IMG/VR virus record: IMGVR_UViG_2648501669_000026
Length of the DNA stretch: 12,061 bases
Strand: one strand, 5' to 3'
DNA from: a virus
Lineage: Duplodnaviria > Heunggongvirae > Uroviricota > Caudoviricetes
Shown: one piece after another, positions 5,033 through 12,061 of the stretch
Layout: each line of letters begins with the position of its first letter
How positions within the stretch are numbered: position 1 is the first letter of the stretch
Program-made: the position numbers and the translations under genes
The notes under the pieces: generated by a model
Seen by the model: the letters and a program-made list of their open reading frames with translations, nothing else
Told to the model about the DNA's origin: nothing
Database searches by the model: none

Positions 5033-7702
5033 ATGAAACATAACACCAGAAAAGAGATTATTAACCGTCTTATTCGTGATTACAACTTTAAAGAAGAAAA
5101 TAATTATCTTCGCTATGGTGTTTGTCCGCAATGTGGAAAGAAGGAACTGTTTACCAGTCTTGAGAGGCCGTACATCGTACACTGTGGCCGCGAAAATAAA
5201 TGCGGTGCAGACCTGCTGACCAAAGAACTTTACCCGGATGTGTTTTCGTCATGGTCAGATCGCTATATCAGTACGAAAGACGATCCATACGCAGCGGCGG
5301 TAGCTTATCTTCAGGAGGCGCGCAATATTGCTGTGGAGCCACTGAAAGGGGCATTTACTCAGGAGCGATACCAGGACAAGGAAAGCGGCGAACAGGCCGC
5401 TACTGTGCGTTTTACGCTGGCTGACGGCGTGTGGTGGGAGCGCATCATAGACCGACCGGAACGCTTCGCTCGCAAGGCGAATTTTTCCGGCAGTTACAAG
5501 GGGCTGTGGTGGGCTTATCCGGGAGCGGATTTAAGCAAGGCCAAAGAAATCTGGATTTGTGAGGGTATCTTTGATGCCATCAGCCTTAACCAGAATGGCA
5601 TTGCGGCCGTTTCTGTCATGTCTGCCGTGAACTACCCTGATAAATCGCTGGAAGAACTGGCGAAGCTGTGCGGGGATAATCCACGCCCGGTTATCGTGTG
5701 GGCGCTGGATAACGGGCGTGCGGGTGAGCGTTACGCGAAAAAACATGCAGAACGCAGCGCCGAAGACGGCTGGAGAACGGCGGCAGCATTACCAGGTAAA
5801 AACAGCAATAAACGCGACTGGAATGATTTACACATCGCCGGAAAGCTGCGTGGCCATGATGTGAAAAGATATCGTTATTACGGTGATTTATTGTTGGCGA
5901 AATCGCCGAGAGATAAGGCACTAATAATGTTTTCCTTTCGTGAGCGAAAGGAGTTTTATTTTCCCTTTGATAACCGTATTTTCTGGTTCAAGCTGGATAT
6001 TGAGCGCCATATGAAGGCTGTTGAGCGTGTCATTAATGAGCGAAATGTTGACGAAAATGAAGCGCGCAAAATTGCACTTAAGGAATCCGGTGCAGTAAAA
6101 GAAATCGCAAACTGTAACCCAGTACCGCTTTATTACATTCGAAACAATGACACGGATGAAGCATGGTATTACTTCCGTGTTACGTTCCCGGATGGTGCGA
6201 CGGTGAAAAACACCTTTACATCAGGTCAATTAACATCCGCATCTGAATTTAAAAAACGCCTGTTGCATGTGGCAAAAGGTGGTATTTATACCGGAACGAC
6301 TGCGCACCTTGATGCATTAATAAAAAATGACCTTCCCGCAATAAAAAATGTTATCGGTCAGGATTTTATCGGATACAACAAAGAGATTGGCGCATGGCTG
6401 TTTAATGATGTCGCGGTTTGTAATGGTAAAACCTACGAAATCAATGAAGAGGATTATTTTGAAATTGATGGCATAAACGCAAAACCATTGAATAAAAAAC
6501 CAATATTGCAGATTAACTATAAAAAACCGGATGAATTTACAACGTCCTGGGTGGAAGATCTCTGGCTGGCGTTTGGTGAAAAGGGAATTATTACCCTGGC
6601 CTTCTGGCTGGGTTCGTTGTTCAGCGAACAAATCAGGCAGAAAAACGCATCTTACCCCTTTCTTGAGATTACCGGAGAGCCTGGAACGGGTAAAACAACG
6701 CTGATTGATTTTTGCTGGCGTTTGTGTGGCCGTGACAACTATGAAGGTGTTGATCCAACCAAAGGATCGGAATCAGGCTGGAAGCGAACTTTTGGACAGG
6801 TCGCCGGATTACCTGTTGTTCTGATTGAGGCAGACCGGGGGGACAATGCGCAAAAAAGAGGTGCGTTTGACTTTGATAACCTGAAAAGCCTCTATAACGG
6901 CGGTGGTATTGGGGTACGTGGTGTTAAAACTAATGATAACGCCACATATGACCCTGTTTTTAAAGGGGCTGTCGTGATTGCGCAGAATGCCACGGTAAAT
7001 GCCTCATCGGCAATTATCGAGCGTCTGGTACGTATATACACCGATAAAAAACGCCACTCACCAGATAGCCGACTGGCAGCAAAACGGCTGGAGCTTTACC
7101 CCGTTGAGCAGGTATCAGGTTTTATCCATCGGGCAGTAAGCCAGGAGCGGGCGATTATGGATTTGTTTATGGCACTCTCGGATCCTGAAACAGCCCGCCT
7201 TTACAGTTGCGAAAATATTCGCCATCAGCGTATTGCCAAAAATCACGCGCAACTAATTGCACTGGTCAGGGTGCTGAAATGCGTTATTGATATCCCGGAT
7301 GAATGGCTTGATGCCACATGTCTGGAACTGGAGCGAATGGCAGAGGAACAGGCTAAAGCGGTAATGGATGACTTGCCGGAAGTGATGGCGTTCTGGGAGG
7401 CGTTCGACTATCTGGACGGCATAACAGCATACGGCGTAAATCATTTTGGCAAGGGACGGCAGAATGAGTTTGCCGTCAGTATCCCGCAACTTGAGCAGGT
7501 TGCCGCCGTTCACCATGTGAAGATCCAAACCAATCCCGAAATGATAAAGCTTCTCAAGGCTGGCCGTTCTCGATCGCTGATTGGATACAAGCCCGTCCGT
7601 AGCGAGGTATCCAGACAGGCGAACGCCGGGAGGGGGATAGCCGAGGCCAGAGAGAAGGAGGTATTGAAATGCTGGATATTTAGTAACAAGGAGGGGGCTT
7701 AA
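5033..7702 (+). CDS. Bifunctional DNA primase/helicase (N-terminal zinc ribbon, TOPRIM primase, P-loop NTPase), P4 alpha-like replication protein
   Basis: ATG 5033 with GGAGGG 8 nt upstream; the ORF-track GTG at 5015 lies inside the hairpin. Zinc ribbon CPQCG...HCGRENKCG. TOPRIM motifs WICEGIFDAISL and VWALDNGRAGERYA. Walker A GEPGTGKTT and Walker B-like VVLIEAD. 889 aa. Confidence 0.9.
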   Translation: MKHNTRKEIINRLIRDYNFKEENNYLRYGVCPQCGKKELFTSLERPYIVHCGRENKCGADLLTKELYPDVFSSWSDRYISTKDDPYAAAVAYLQEARNIAVEPLKGAFTQERYQDKESGEQAATVRFTLADGVWWERIIDRPERFARKANFSGSYKGLWWAYPGADLSKAKEIWICEGIFDAISLNQNGIAAVSVMSAVNYPDKSLEELAKLCGDNPRPVIVWALDNGRAGERYAKKHAERSAEDGWRTAAALPGKNSNKRDWNDLHIAGKLRGHDVKRYRYYGDLLLAKSPRDKALIMFSFRERKEFYFPFDNRIFWFKLDIERHMKAVERVINERNVDENEARKIALKESGAVKEIANCNPVPLYYIRNNDTDEAWYYFRVTFPDGATVKNTFTSGQLTSASEFKKRLLHVAKGGIYTGTTAHLDALIKNDLPAIKNVIGQDFIGYNKEIGAWLFNDVAVCNGKTYEINEEDYFEIDGINAKPLNKKPILQINYKKPDEFTTSWVEDLWLAFGEKGIITLAFWLGSLFSEQIRQKNASYPFLEITGEPGTGKTTLIDFCWRLCGRDNYEGVDPTKGSESGWKRTFGQVAGLPVVLIEADRGDNAQKRGAFDFDNLKSLYNGGGIGVRGVKTNDNATYDPVFKGAVVIAQNATVNASSAIIERLVRIYTDKKRHSPDSRLAAKRLELYPVEQVSGFIHRAVSQERAIMDLFMALSDPETARLYSCENIRHQRIAKNHAQLIALVRVLKCVIDIPDEWLDATCLELERMAEEQAKAVMDDLPEVMAFWEAFDYLDGITAYGVNHFGKGRQNEFAVSIPQLEQVAAVHHVKIQTNPEMIKLLKAGRSRSLIGYKPVRSEVSRQANAGRGIAEAREKEVLKCWIFSNKEGA

Positions 7703-7704
7703 GT

Positions 7705-8706
7705 ATGTCGATCAGAAAGATGGATGATGGGCGATGGCTGCTCGATATCAGGCCACAAGGGGCGTACGGCAAACGGATACGTAAAATTTTTGTCAGGAAA
7801 GGGAGTGCAGAGGCCTTCGAACAATATATTTTACAGAATTTCCATAACAACCCATGGCTGGCTAAACCTGCTGATCGGCGGCGATTATCAGAGCTGCTTG
7901 ATACATGGTGGATGCTTGATGGCCGTAACCAGGCTTACGGCGATACCTACAGGATCCGGCTGGAGAAAGTGATTCGTGAAATGGGAGATCCGCGCGCCAG
8001 CCAGATGACGCAAAAATTTATGCTTGAGTATCGGTCAGAGAAATTACAGGCCGGCTTAATGCCATCCAGCATTAATCGTGACTTGTGCGTTCTGTCTACC
8101 ATGTTCACGGTGCTGATTGAAGCAGGGGTCTTTCACAACCCGAACCCTGTGCGCAGTATACGCAAGCTAAAAATTCAGAATACAGAGATGGCCTTTCTTT
8201 CTGATGATGAGATTGAACGGCTTCTTGAGCGACTGGAGGGGGATGCGCGTCGTGTTGCCATTCTGTGTCTTTCTACTGGTGCCCGATGGAGTGAAGCATC
8301 GGAACTACGTGGAGAGCATATCGTTGGCAACCGTGTGACGTTTTTTAACACCAAAAACGGAAAATCCCGCTCGGTTCCTGTGGCGGATTCGGTCGTGCCG
8401 CTGATTAAAACCCGTCGGACGGGGTTGTTGTATCAGGTTGATTATCTGGAGTTCCGGGAGATTCTTCAGGAGGTTAAGCCGGATTTGCCGAAGGGGCAGG
8501 CTACGCATGTTATGCGTCATACATTTGCCACACACTTTATGATGAATGGTGGGAATATCGTTACATTACAACGGATTCTTGGACATGCGACTATCCAGCA
8601 AACGATGACTTATGCGCATTTTTCTCCCGACTATCTGGCGGATGCCATGAGGTTTAACCCGATAGCTAACATGGCATTCACTGAACAAAAAGAGCCAGCA
8701 GAGTAA
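7705..8706 (+). CDS. int: Tyrosine recombinase / integrase, P2 Int-like
   Basis: 333 aa. Catalytic-domain motifs AILCLSTGARWSEA, HVMRHTFATHFM and LGHATIQQTMTYAHF; N-terminal DGRWLLDIRPQG...GKRIRK. Close to P2 Int in length and motifs as I recall it. ATG is 2 nt after the primase stop and shares the SD AAGGAGGGGG. Confidence 0.92.
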   Translation: MSIRKMDDGRWLLDIRPQGAYGKRIRKIFVRKGSAEAFEQYILQNFHNNPWLAKPADRRRLSELLDTWWMLDGRNQAYGDTYRIRLEKVIREMGDPRASQMTQKFMLEYRSEKLQAGLMPSSINRDLCVLSTMFTVLIEAGVFHNPNPVRSIRKLKIQNTEMAFLSDDEIERLLERLEGDARRVAILCLSTGARWSEASELRGEHIVGNRVTFFNTKNGKSRSVPVADSVVPLIKTRRTGLLYQVDYLEFREILQEVKPDLPKGQATHVMRHTFATHFMMNGGNIVTLQRILGHATIQQTMTYAHFSPDYLADAMRFNPIANMAFTEQKEPAE

Positions 8707-8736
8707 CCCGCAGAACGCTACATTCACAGCAAAAGA

Positions 8737-8761
8737 GGTCAGTTTTCCACTGGCCTTTTTT
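8737..8761 (+). terminator. Rho-independent terminator after int
   Basis: Stem GGTCAGT (8737..8743) / ACTGGCC (8749..8755) with one G-U pair, loop TTTCC, then six T (8756..8761). Confidence 0.7.
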
Positions 8762-8953
8762 GTTGGCCAAAGCCAACGGTAACAGCAATGCAATGGTGGC
8801 CATATTGCAGCGGTGCCGCCATCAATTTTTTTGCTCTCCCTTCCTGATTATCAGGAAAGAGTCAAATAGTGGCGAGATACATTTTAATCACAGAGAGTTA
8901 ATGAGAGTGAGACATAGTGAGTGAGTTTAATTAACATTTTAAAGGGTTGCGCT

Positions 8954-9277
8954 AAAATCCGGGGGGGGGTGCGGAAACGGGTTACAAAGGTTACAAACAG
9001 AAAAATATATTATATATCAATATATTATAATACATTTAAAAGGTTACAAACGGGTTACAACAGGGTTACATGTAACCTTTATGTAGTGGTTACTGTTGGT
9101 TACAGGTTAAATTTATAATTAATTGATAATTAATCTGTTTTTTAGAGCTGTAACCTCGTGTAACCTTCTGTAACCTCAAAAAGGTTACAAGCAATTTCAT
9201 TTAAAATCATGATGTTAATGTGTGTTTTAAGGAGCTGTAACCTTTGTAACCCGTTTCCGCACCCCCTACCGGATTTT
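8954..9277. repeat. Iteron array bounded by a long inverted repeat; putative origin of replication of the element
   Basis: 13 exact heptamers. GGTTACA on + at 8980, 8989, 9042, 9053, 9064, 9098, 9183; TGTAACC at 9071, 9149, 9159, 9169, 9236, 9245. Three are phased at exactly 10 bp (9149/9159/9169). Palindrome GGTTACATGTAACC at 9064..9077. 30-bp perfect inverted repeat 8966..8995 / 9236..9265, extending to 42 bp (8954..8995 / 9236..9277) with 2 mismatches. AT-rich core 9001..9040 (2 G/C in 40 nt). Confidence 0.6.
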
Positions 9278-9415
9278 GAGGCAGAGCCCAAAAAACACTG
9301 GTAAGACCAGAAACATAAAATTAACACAACAAAACTGAATGAAATGACTGTTACCCCCCCGTGATGACGGGTAAAATCAGGTCAGGCAATCAGCGTTTAT
9401 TCATGAGGTGCCGGA

Positions 9416-9670
9416 GTGCGCAGACAGAAAGCGCGGTGTTTTTGCTGTGGTGAGCGCGCAGTGATTGAAAAGACCGTCTGGAAAGATGATCGGTTTGCTG
9501 ACGTGTATTACCGTTGCAAGCGTCTTGAGTGCGGACATACCTGGGTAATGAATCTGACCTACTCGCACACGCTGACCCCCAGCGGACTGGAGAACGGCGT
9601 GTTGAAGCTGTTGATCGAACGAATGCGCCCGGAGGAAAAACAAATGGCGCTGGAACTACTACAGGCCTGA
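9416..9670 (+). CDS. Ogr/Delta-family zinc-finger transcriptional activator-like protein
   Basis: GTG 9416 with GAGGTG 5 nt upstream. C-x2-C, 22 residues, C-x4-C (CFCCGERA...CKRLEC), the same cysteine spacing as P2 Ogr as I recall it. 84 aa. Confidence 0.7.
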   Translation: MRRQKARCFCCGERAVIEKTVWKDDRFADVYYRCKRLECGHTWVMNLTYSHTLTPSGLENGVLKLLIERMRPEEKQMALELLQA

Positions 9671-9687
9671 GGATACCAGCCAAAAGA

Positions 9688-9715
9688 AAACCCGCAGCTT
9701 TTACACGGCGGGTTT
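9688..9715. terminator. Hairpin downstream of the ogr-like gene, bidirectional-looking
   Basis: AAACCCGC (9688..9695), 12-nt loop, GCGGGTTT (9708..9715). The better U-tract is on the - strand (TTTTCTTTTG from 9681..9690). Confidence 0.4.
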
Positions 9716-10206
9716 GTGATGTTCATGACTGCAGATAGGGTGCCGTTCCGGCCTTTACCCTGGCAACCGATTGACGGGGAAGTTGACTTCCCCGTCGCGG
9801 TTCCTTACTGTGTAGACTTACATTGTAAGAATGCCGCAATTTCCGTTCCTGCAAACCTGAATCGCAACTCACAAGGTGATGTGTGGAGGATCCAGATTAT
9901 CGCTACTGCGGTTAAACACAGTAGCAGGGTTTTTAACGGAATTTGCGTCATAGCGCTTGCTCCTTTGGTGGAGAGGCGCTAACCTTCTACTTGTCAAGGT
10001 ACGAAGTGTTAGGGCCTCGGGTTAACATTAAAGTTGACTCGGGGCCTTTCCACATCTGGCCTTCGGGTATTCCCTCCGACCATCAGCCGAAAGGCACCCG
10101 CAGCGATTCTAGCCTGGTTGCCATACCCGCATCAATCACCCGCCACATCGCTTTATCGCTCGCAAATCAGCAACCTGACGCTACTTTACGTCGCTCTGTC
10201 CGGCAT

Positions 10207-10618
10207 TTTACGTCACCTCATCGCACCGCGTTTTATTCGTCCCTTCTGACCGTTCTGCCTCTCCCTGTTGTGAAGTTTTTTTCAGTTTCATTTTGTTCGC
10301 CGTATGCCGTCAGGGCGCGTCACGTCTGGATTTTCGCGAAATGCTGCCGGGCGTGAAATTCTGCCACCGGGCCAAACAGCCTCACGTAAAGTATGAAAAA
10401 GCCTTAAATATCATGAAAGTAGTCACGCGCAGCACAAAAAAAGAACTGAAAACCGGGAAGAAAAATTGCAAAAAATTTCACTGAATGAAATTTTGCTTTT
10501 GCACGAATCCCCAGAACTGACGCACCCTGCCAGCTATTTTTTCACACCAGAAAACTGAAAAAGTGTTTCGACACGAAACCCGCGGGTTGGAGGGGGTAGC
10601 GCGGTTTACGTCACCTCA
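10207..10618. repeat. 14-bp exact direct repeat TTTACGTCACCTCA (two copies) with several shorter related copies
   Basis: Exact copies at 10207..10220 and 10605..10618, 398 bp apart. Related TTTACG(T/C)(C/G) cores at 10185..10193, 10622..10632, 10636..10644 and 10740..10748; inverted copy at 10383..10390. Confidence 0.6.
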
Positions 10619-10690
10619 CGTTTTACGTCACGCCGTTTACGCGGCGTATGCATACAGCGCCAGAACGGCACACAGAAAGCTGATTCGGGG

Positions 10691-10726
10691 AGAAAATACG
10701 AAAACGCACGGCCTGAACCGTGCGTT
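10691..10726 (-). terminator. Rho-independent terminator for the 169-aa - strand gene
   Basis: 9-bp stem AACGCACGG (10703..10711) / CCGTGCGTT (10718..10726), 6-nt loop, then a U-rich tract on the - strand (complement of 10691..10702), 42 nt past the stop. Confidence 0.45.
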
Positions 10727-10767
10727 AATCAGGGCGCGTTTTACGCGGTTTTATGCGGGGCGTTTAT

Positions 10768-11277
10768 TCAGACCAGACCGTAGTCATTTGCGGTCGATTC
10801 ATCGTTGCTGGCAAAGCTGGCAGCCGCCTGAGTCATGGCTGATTTTAGCGGCGATGCTTCTGCTTCAAGCAATGTCCTGAGCTGGCTTAGTGGAATGCGC
10901 TGGCTGAACTCTGCCAGCCCTTCGCTAAAGCTAAATTGCTTTGGTGACTCATCACCACACGCAATCCATGCGAAGTCCTCAGCATCACCACGCTGCTTTA
11001 ACTCAAAGAAGCACGGGAAGTCAAACCTCTGGCAGAAGCGTTTAGCTCCGTCGATGGTGGAGAAGTAAGCCGCTTCCAGTCCGCCCTGTTCGTCGGGCAT
11101 GGCGACCACATACCTTACAGGCGCGCGCTCTTCCAGTTCCTGTGCAATTCCGGCGCAGAACGTCGGCGTATAGCCGCTGTTCGCAATCCTGTTCATCGCT
11201 CCCCGCCAGCCGAATGGGTTGTTTTCTGGTGTGCCGGCTCTGGTGTCGGTGCCTGTGAATATAGTTTTATTGCTCAT
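10768..11277 (-). CDS. Hypothetical 169-aa protein, monocistronic, divergent from hpt
   Basis: ATG at 11277..11275 with AGGA about 10 nt upstream. The only long ORF in an otherwise ORF-poor region; protein-like composition. No family recognised. It is not Gcd, which is the upstream neighbour of hpt in E. coli K-12. Confidence 0.6.
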   Translation of the reverse strand: MSNKTIFTGTDTRAGTPENNPFGWRGAMNRIANSGYTPTFCAGIAQELEERAPVRYVVAMPDEQGGLEAAYFSTIDGAKRFCQRFDFPCFFELKQRGDAEDFAWIACGDESPKQFSFSEGLAEFSQRIPLSQLRTLLEAEASPLKSAMTQAAASFASNDESTANDYGLV

Positions 11278-11524
11278 CTTTGTTTAATCCTGTTGATTGG
11301 TTGTCGACGTTGCGACCTGGCTGAATCATAACAGTGAGTAGAGCGGGCGCAAGTTGGTGTGAGGTGACACATAAGGTACAATTTGCGGCCTTAAAGTGTT
11401 CTCATGTGTTCTGGTGTTGTCTGCCTGCGATATTGTTTTGTGTATCAATTGGTGTATCAATATCGATATTTGCAGAGAATTAAAACGAAATTAAATTCAC
11501 TGAAATCAATGTGATAGGTTATTG

Positions 11525-12061
11525 ATGAAACATTATGTAGAAGTAATGATCCCCGAAGCGGAGATTAAAGCGCGTATCGCCGAACTGGGTCGTCAGATTA
11601 CTGAGCGTTACAAAGACAGCGGCAGCGATATGGTGCTGGTGGGTCTGCTGCGTGGCTCATTTATGTTTATGGCGGACCTGTGCCGTGAAGTTCAGGTATC
11701 TCATGAAGTCGACTTTATGACCGCCTCCAGCTACGGTAGCGGCATGTCCACCACCCGTGATGTGAAAATCCTCAAAGATCTGGATGAAGATATCCGTGGC
11801 AAGGACGTGCTGATTGTTGAAGATATCATCGACTCGGGGAATACACTGTCGAAAGTGCGTGAGATCTTAAGCCTGCGCGAACCGAAGTCGCTGGCGATTT
11901 GTACGCTGCTGGATAAACCGTCCCGTCGTGAAGTGAACGTCCCGGTAGAATTTATCGGTTTCTCGATCCCGGATGAGTTTGTGGTGGGTTACGGCATTGA
12001 TTACGCACAGCGTTACCGTCATCTGCCGTATATCGGCAAAGTGATTCTGCTGGACGAGTAA
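11525..12061 (+). CDS. hpt: Hypoxanthine phosphoribosyltransferase
   Basis: The protein [52 protein letters not shown]...[17 protein letters not shown]...GKVILLDE is near-identical to E. coli Hpt as I recall it, including the PRTase motif [16 protein letters not shown] 11525; the ORF-track start at 11522 is TTG. Stop at the window end. Confidence 0.95.
   Translation: MKHYVEVMIPEAEIKARIAELGRQITERYKDSGSDMVLVGLLRGSFMFMADLCREVQVSHEVDFMTASSYGSGMSTTRDVKILKDLDEDIRGKDVLIVEDIIDSGNTLSKVREILSLREPKSLAICTLLDKPSRREVNVPVEFIGFSIPDEFVVGYGIDYAQRYRHLPYIGKVILLDE

Larger units (their letters stand above)
1..11400. mobile_element. Integrated phage-satellite-like island (P4-like/PICI-like with P2-type integrase and Ogr-type activator). 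Left end is at or beyond the window start; right end unresolved.
   Basis: Co-oriented module of AlpA regulator, capsid-like gene, P4-like leader, small early ORFs, primase-helicase, integrase, iteron origin and Ogr-like activator. AT-rich cargo ORFs. hpt is flanked here by foreign genes, not gcd. Confidence 0.55.

Noticed and set aside
5200-7528. Internal + strand ORF 5200..5424 and - strand ORFs 5531..5746, 5691..5921, 6317..6631 and 7253..7528 inside the primase gene
   Set aside because: They are fully embedded in a well-supported 889-aa gene with coherent domains, and have no SD or independent signal. Likely chance frames.
8954-9277. Possible CRISPR array
   Set aside because: The repeat unit is only 7 bp, occurs in both orientations with irregular 9-11 bp spacing and no spacer-like unique segments. 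It is an iteron array, not CRISPR.
9961-10100. P2/P4 cos-like sequence
   Set aside because: I looked for the 19-nt P2 cohesive end as I recall it (GGCGAGGCGGGGAAAGCAC) and found only loose resemblance (CCGAAAGGCACCCGC near 10085). No convincing cos site.
9716-10880. + strand ORFs 9716..9982, 9943..10356, 10034..10249, 10293..10484 and 10563..10880
   Set aside because: They overlap each other, lack SDs, and have S/R/P-rich non-protein-like composition in a pyrimidine-skewed segment. Treated as noncoding or degraded; 9719..9982 remains a weak possibility.
10768-11277. Identification of the 169-aa protein as a carbonic anhydrase (can) or glucose dehydrogenase (gcd) homolog, the usual hpt neighbours
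   Set aside because: The sequence has no resemblance to either as I recall them: no Gcd transmembrane N-terminus and no Can zinc-ligand pattern. Left as hypothetical.
1-12061. tRNA or tmRNA integration target
   Set aside because: I found no T-arm-like GGTTCGAATCC-type sequence with CCA-proximal acceptor pairing by eye. The element appears to sit in an intergenic, non-tRNA site. tRNAscan-type software should confirm.
1-12061. Insertion sequence or transposon
   Set aside because: No transposase-like ORF (no DDE-type motifs) and no terminal inverted repeats flanking a transposase. The only long inverted repeat flanks the iteron array.

Overview
The window looks like one integrated phage-satellite-like island (P4-like / PICI-like with P2-type parts) sitting immediately upstream of the core gene hpt (11525..12061). 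Every island gene from 1 to 9670 is on the + strand. In order: an AT-rich cargo ORF with an N-terminal HTH (1..1041); an AlpA-family regulator (1168..1479); a 291-aa coiled-coil protein and a 350-aa protein that I tentatively read as a P2 GpN-family capsid homolog (1485..3423); a noncoding leader with a promoter-like site and a 13-bp repeat triplet reminiscent of the P4 seqA/seqB/seqC immunity layout (3560..3856); five tightly packed small ORFs with strong Shine-Dalgarno sites (3857..4990), two of them AT-rich; a large zinc-ribbon/TOPRIM/P-loop primase-helicase (5033..7702) translationally coupled to a P2-type tyrosine integrase (7705..8706); a striking origin-like array of 13 exact GGTTACA heptamers bounded by a 42-bp inverted repeat (8954..9277); and an Ogr/Delta-type zinc-finger activator (9416..9670). 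Downstream lie about 1 kb with no convincing ORF but a 14-bp exact direct repeat, then a monocistronic 169-aa gene on the - strand with its own terminator, divergent from hpt. I found no tRNA, rRNA, CRISPR array or transposase. The best candidates for undescribed function are the compositionally foreign cargo ORFs (1..1041 and 4685..4990, possibly 4214..4402), the capsid-like module under AlpA, and the 169-aa gene at the island/hpt junction. All homology statements come from motif recognition by eye and from recalled reference sequences, not database searches, and need confirmation.
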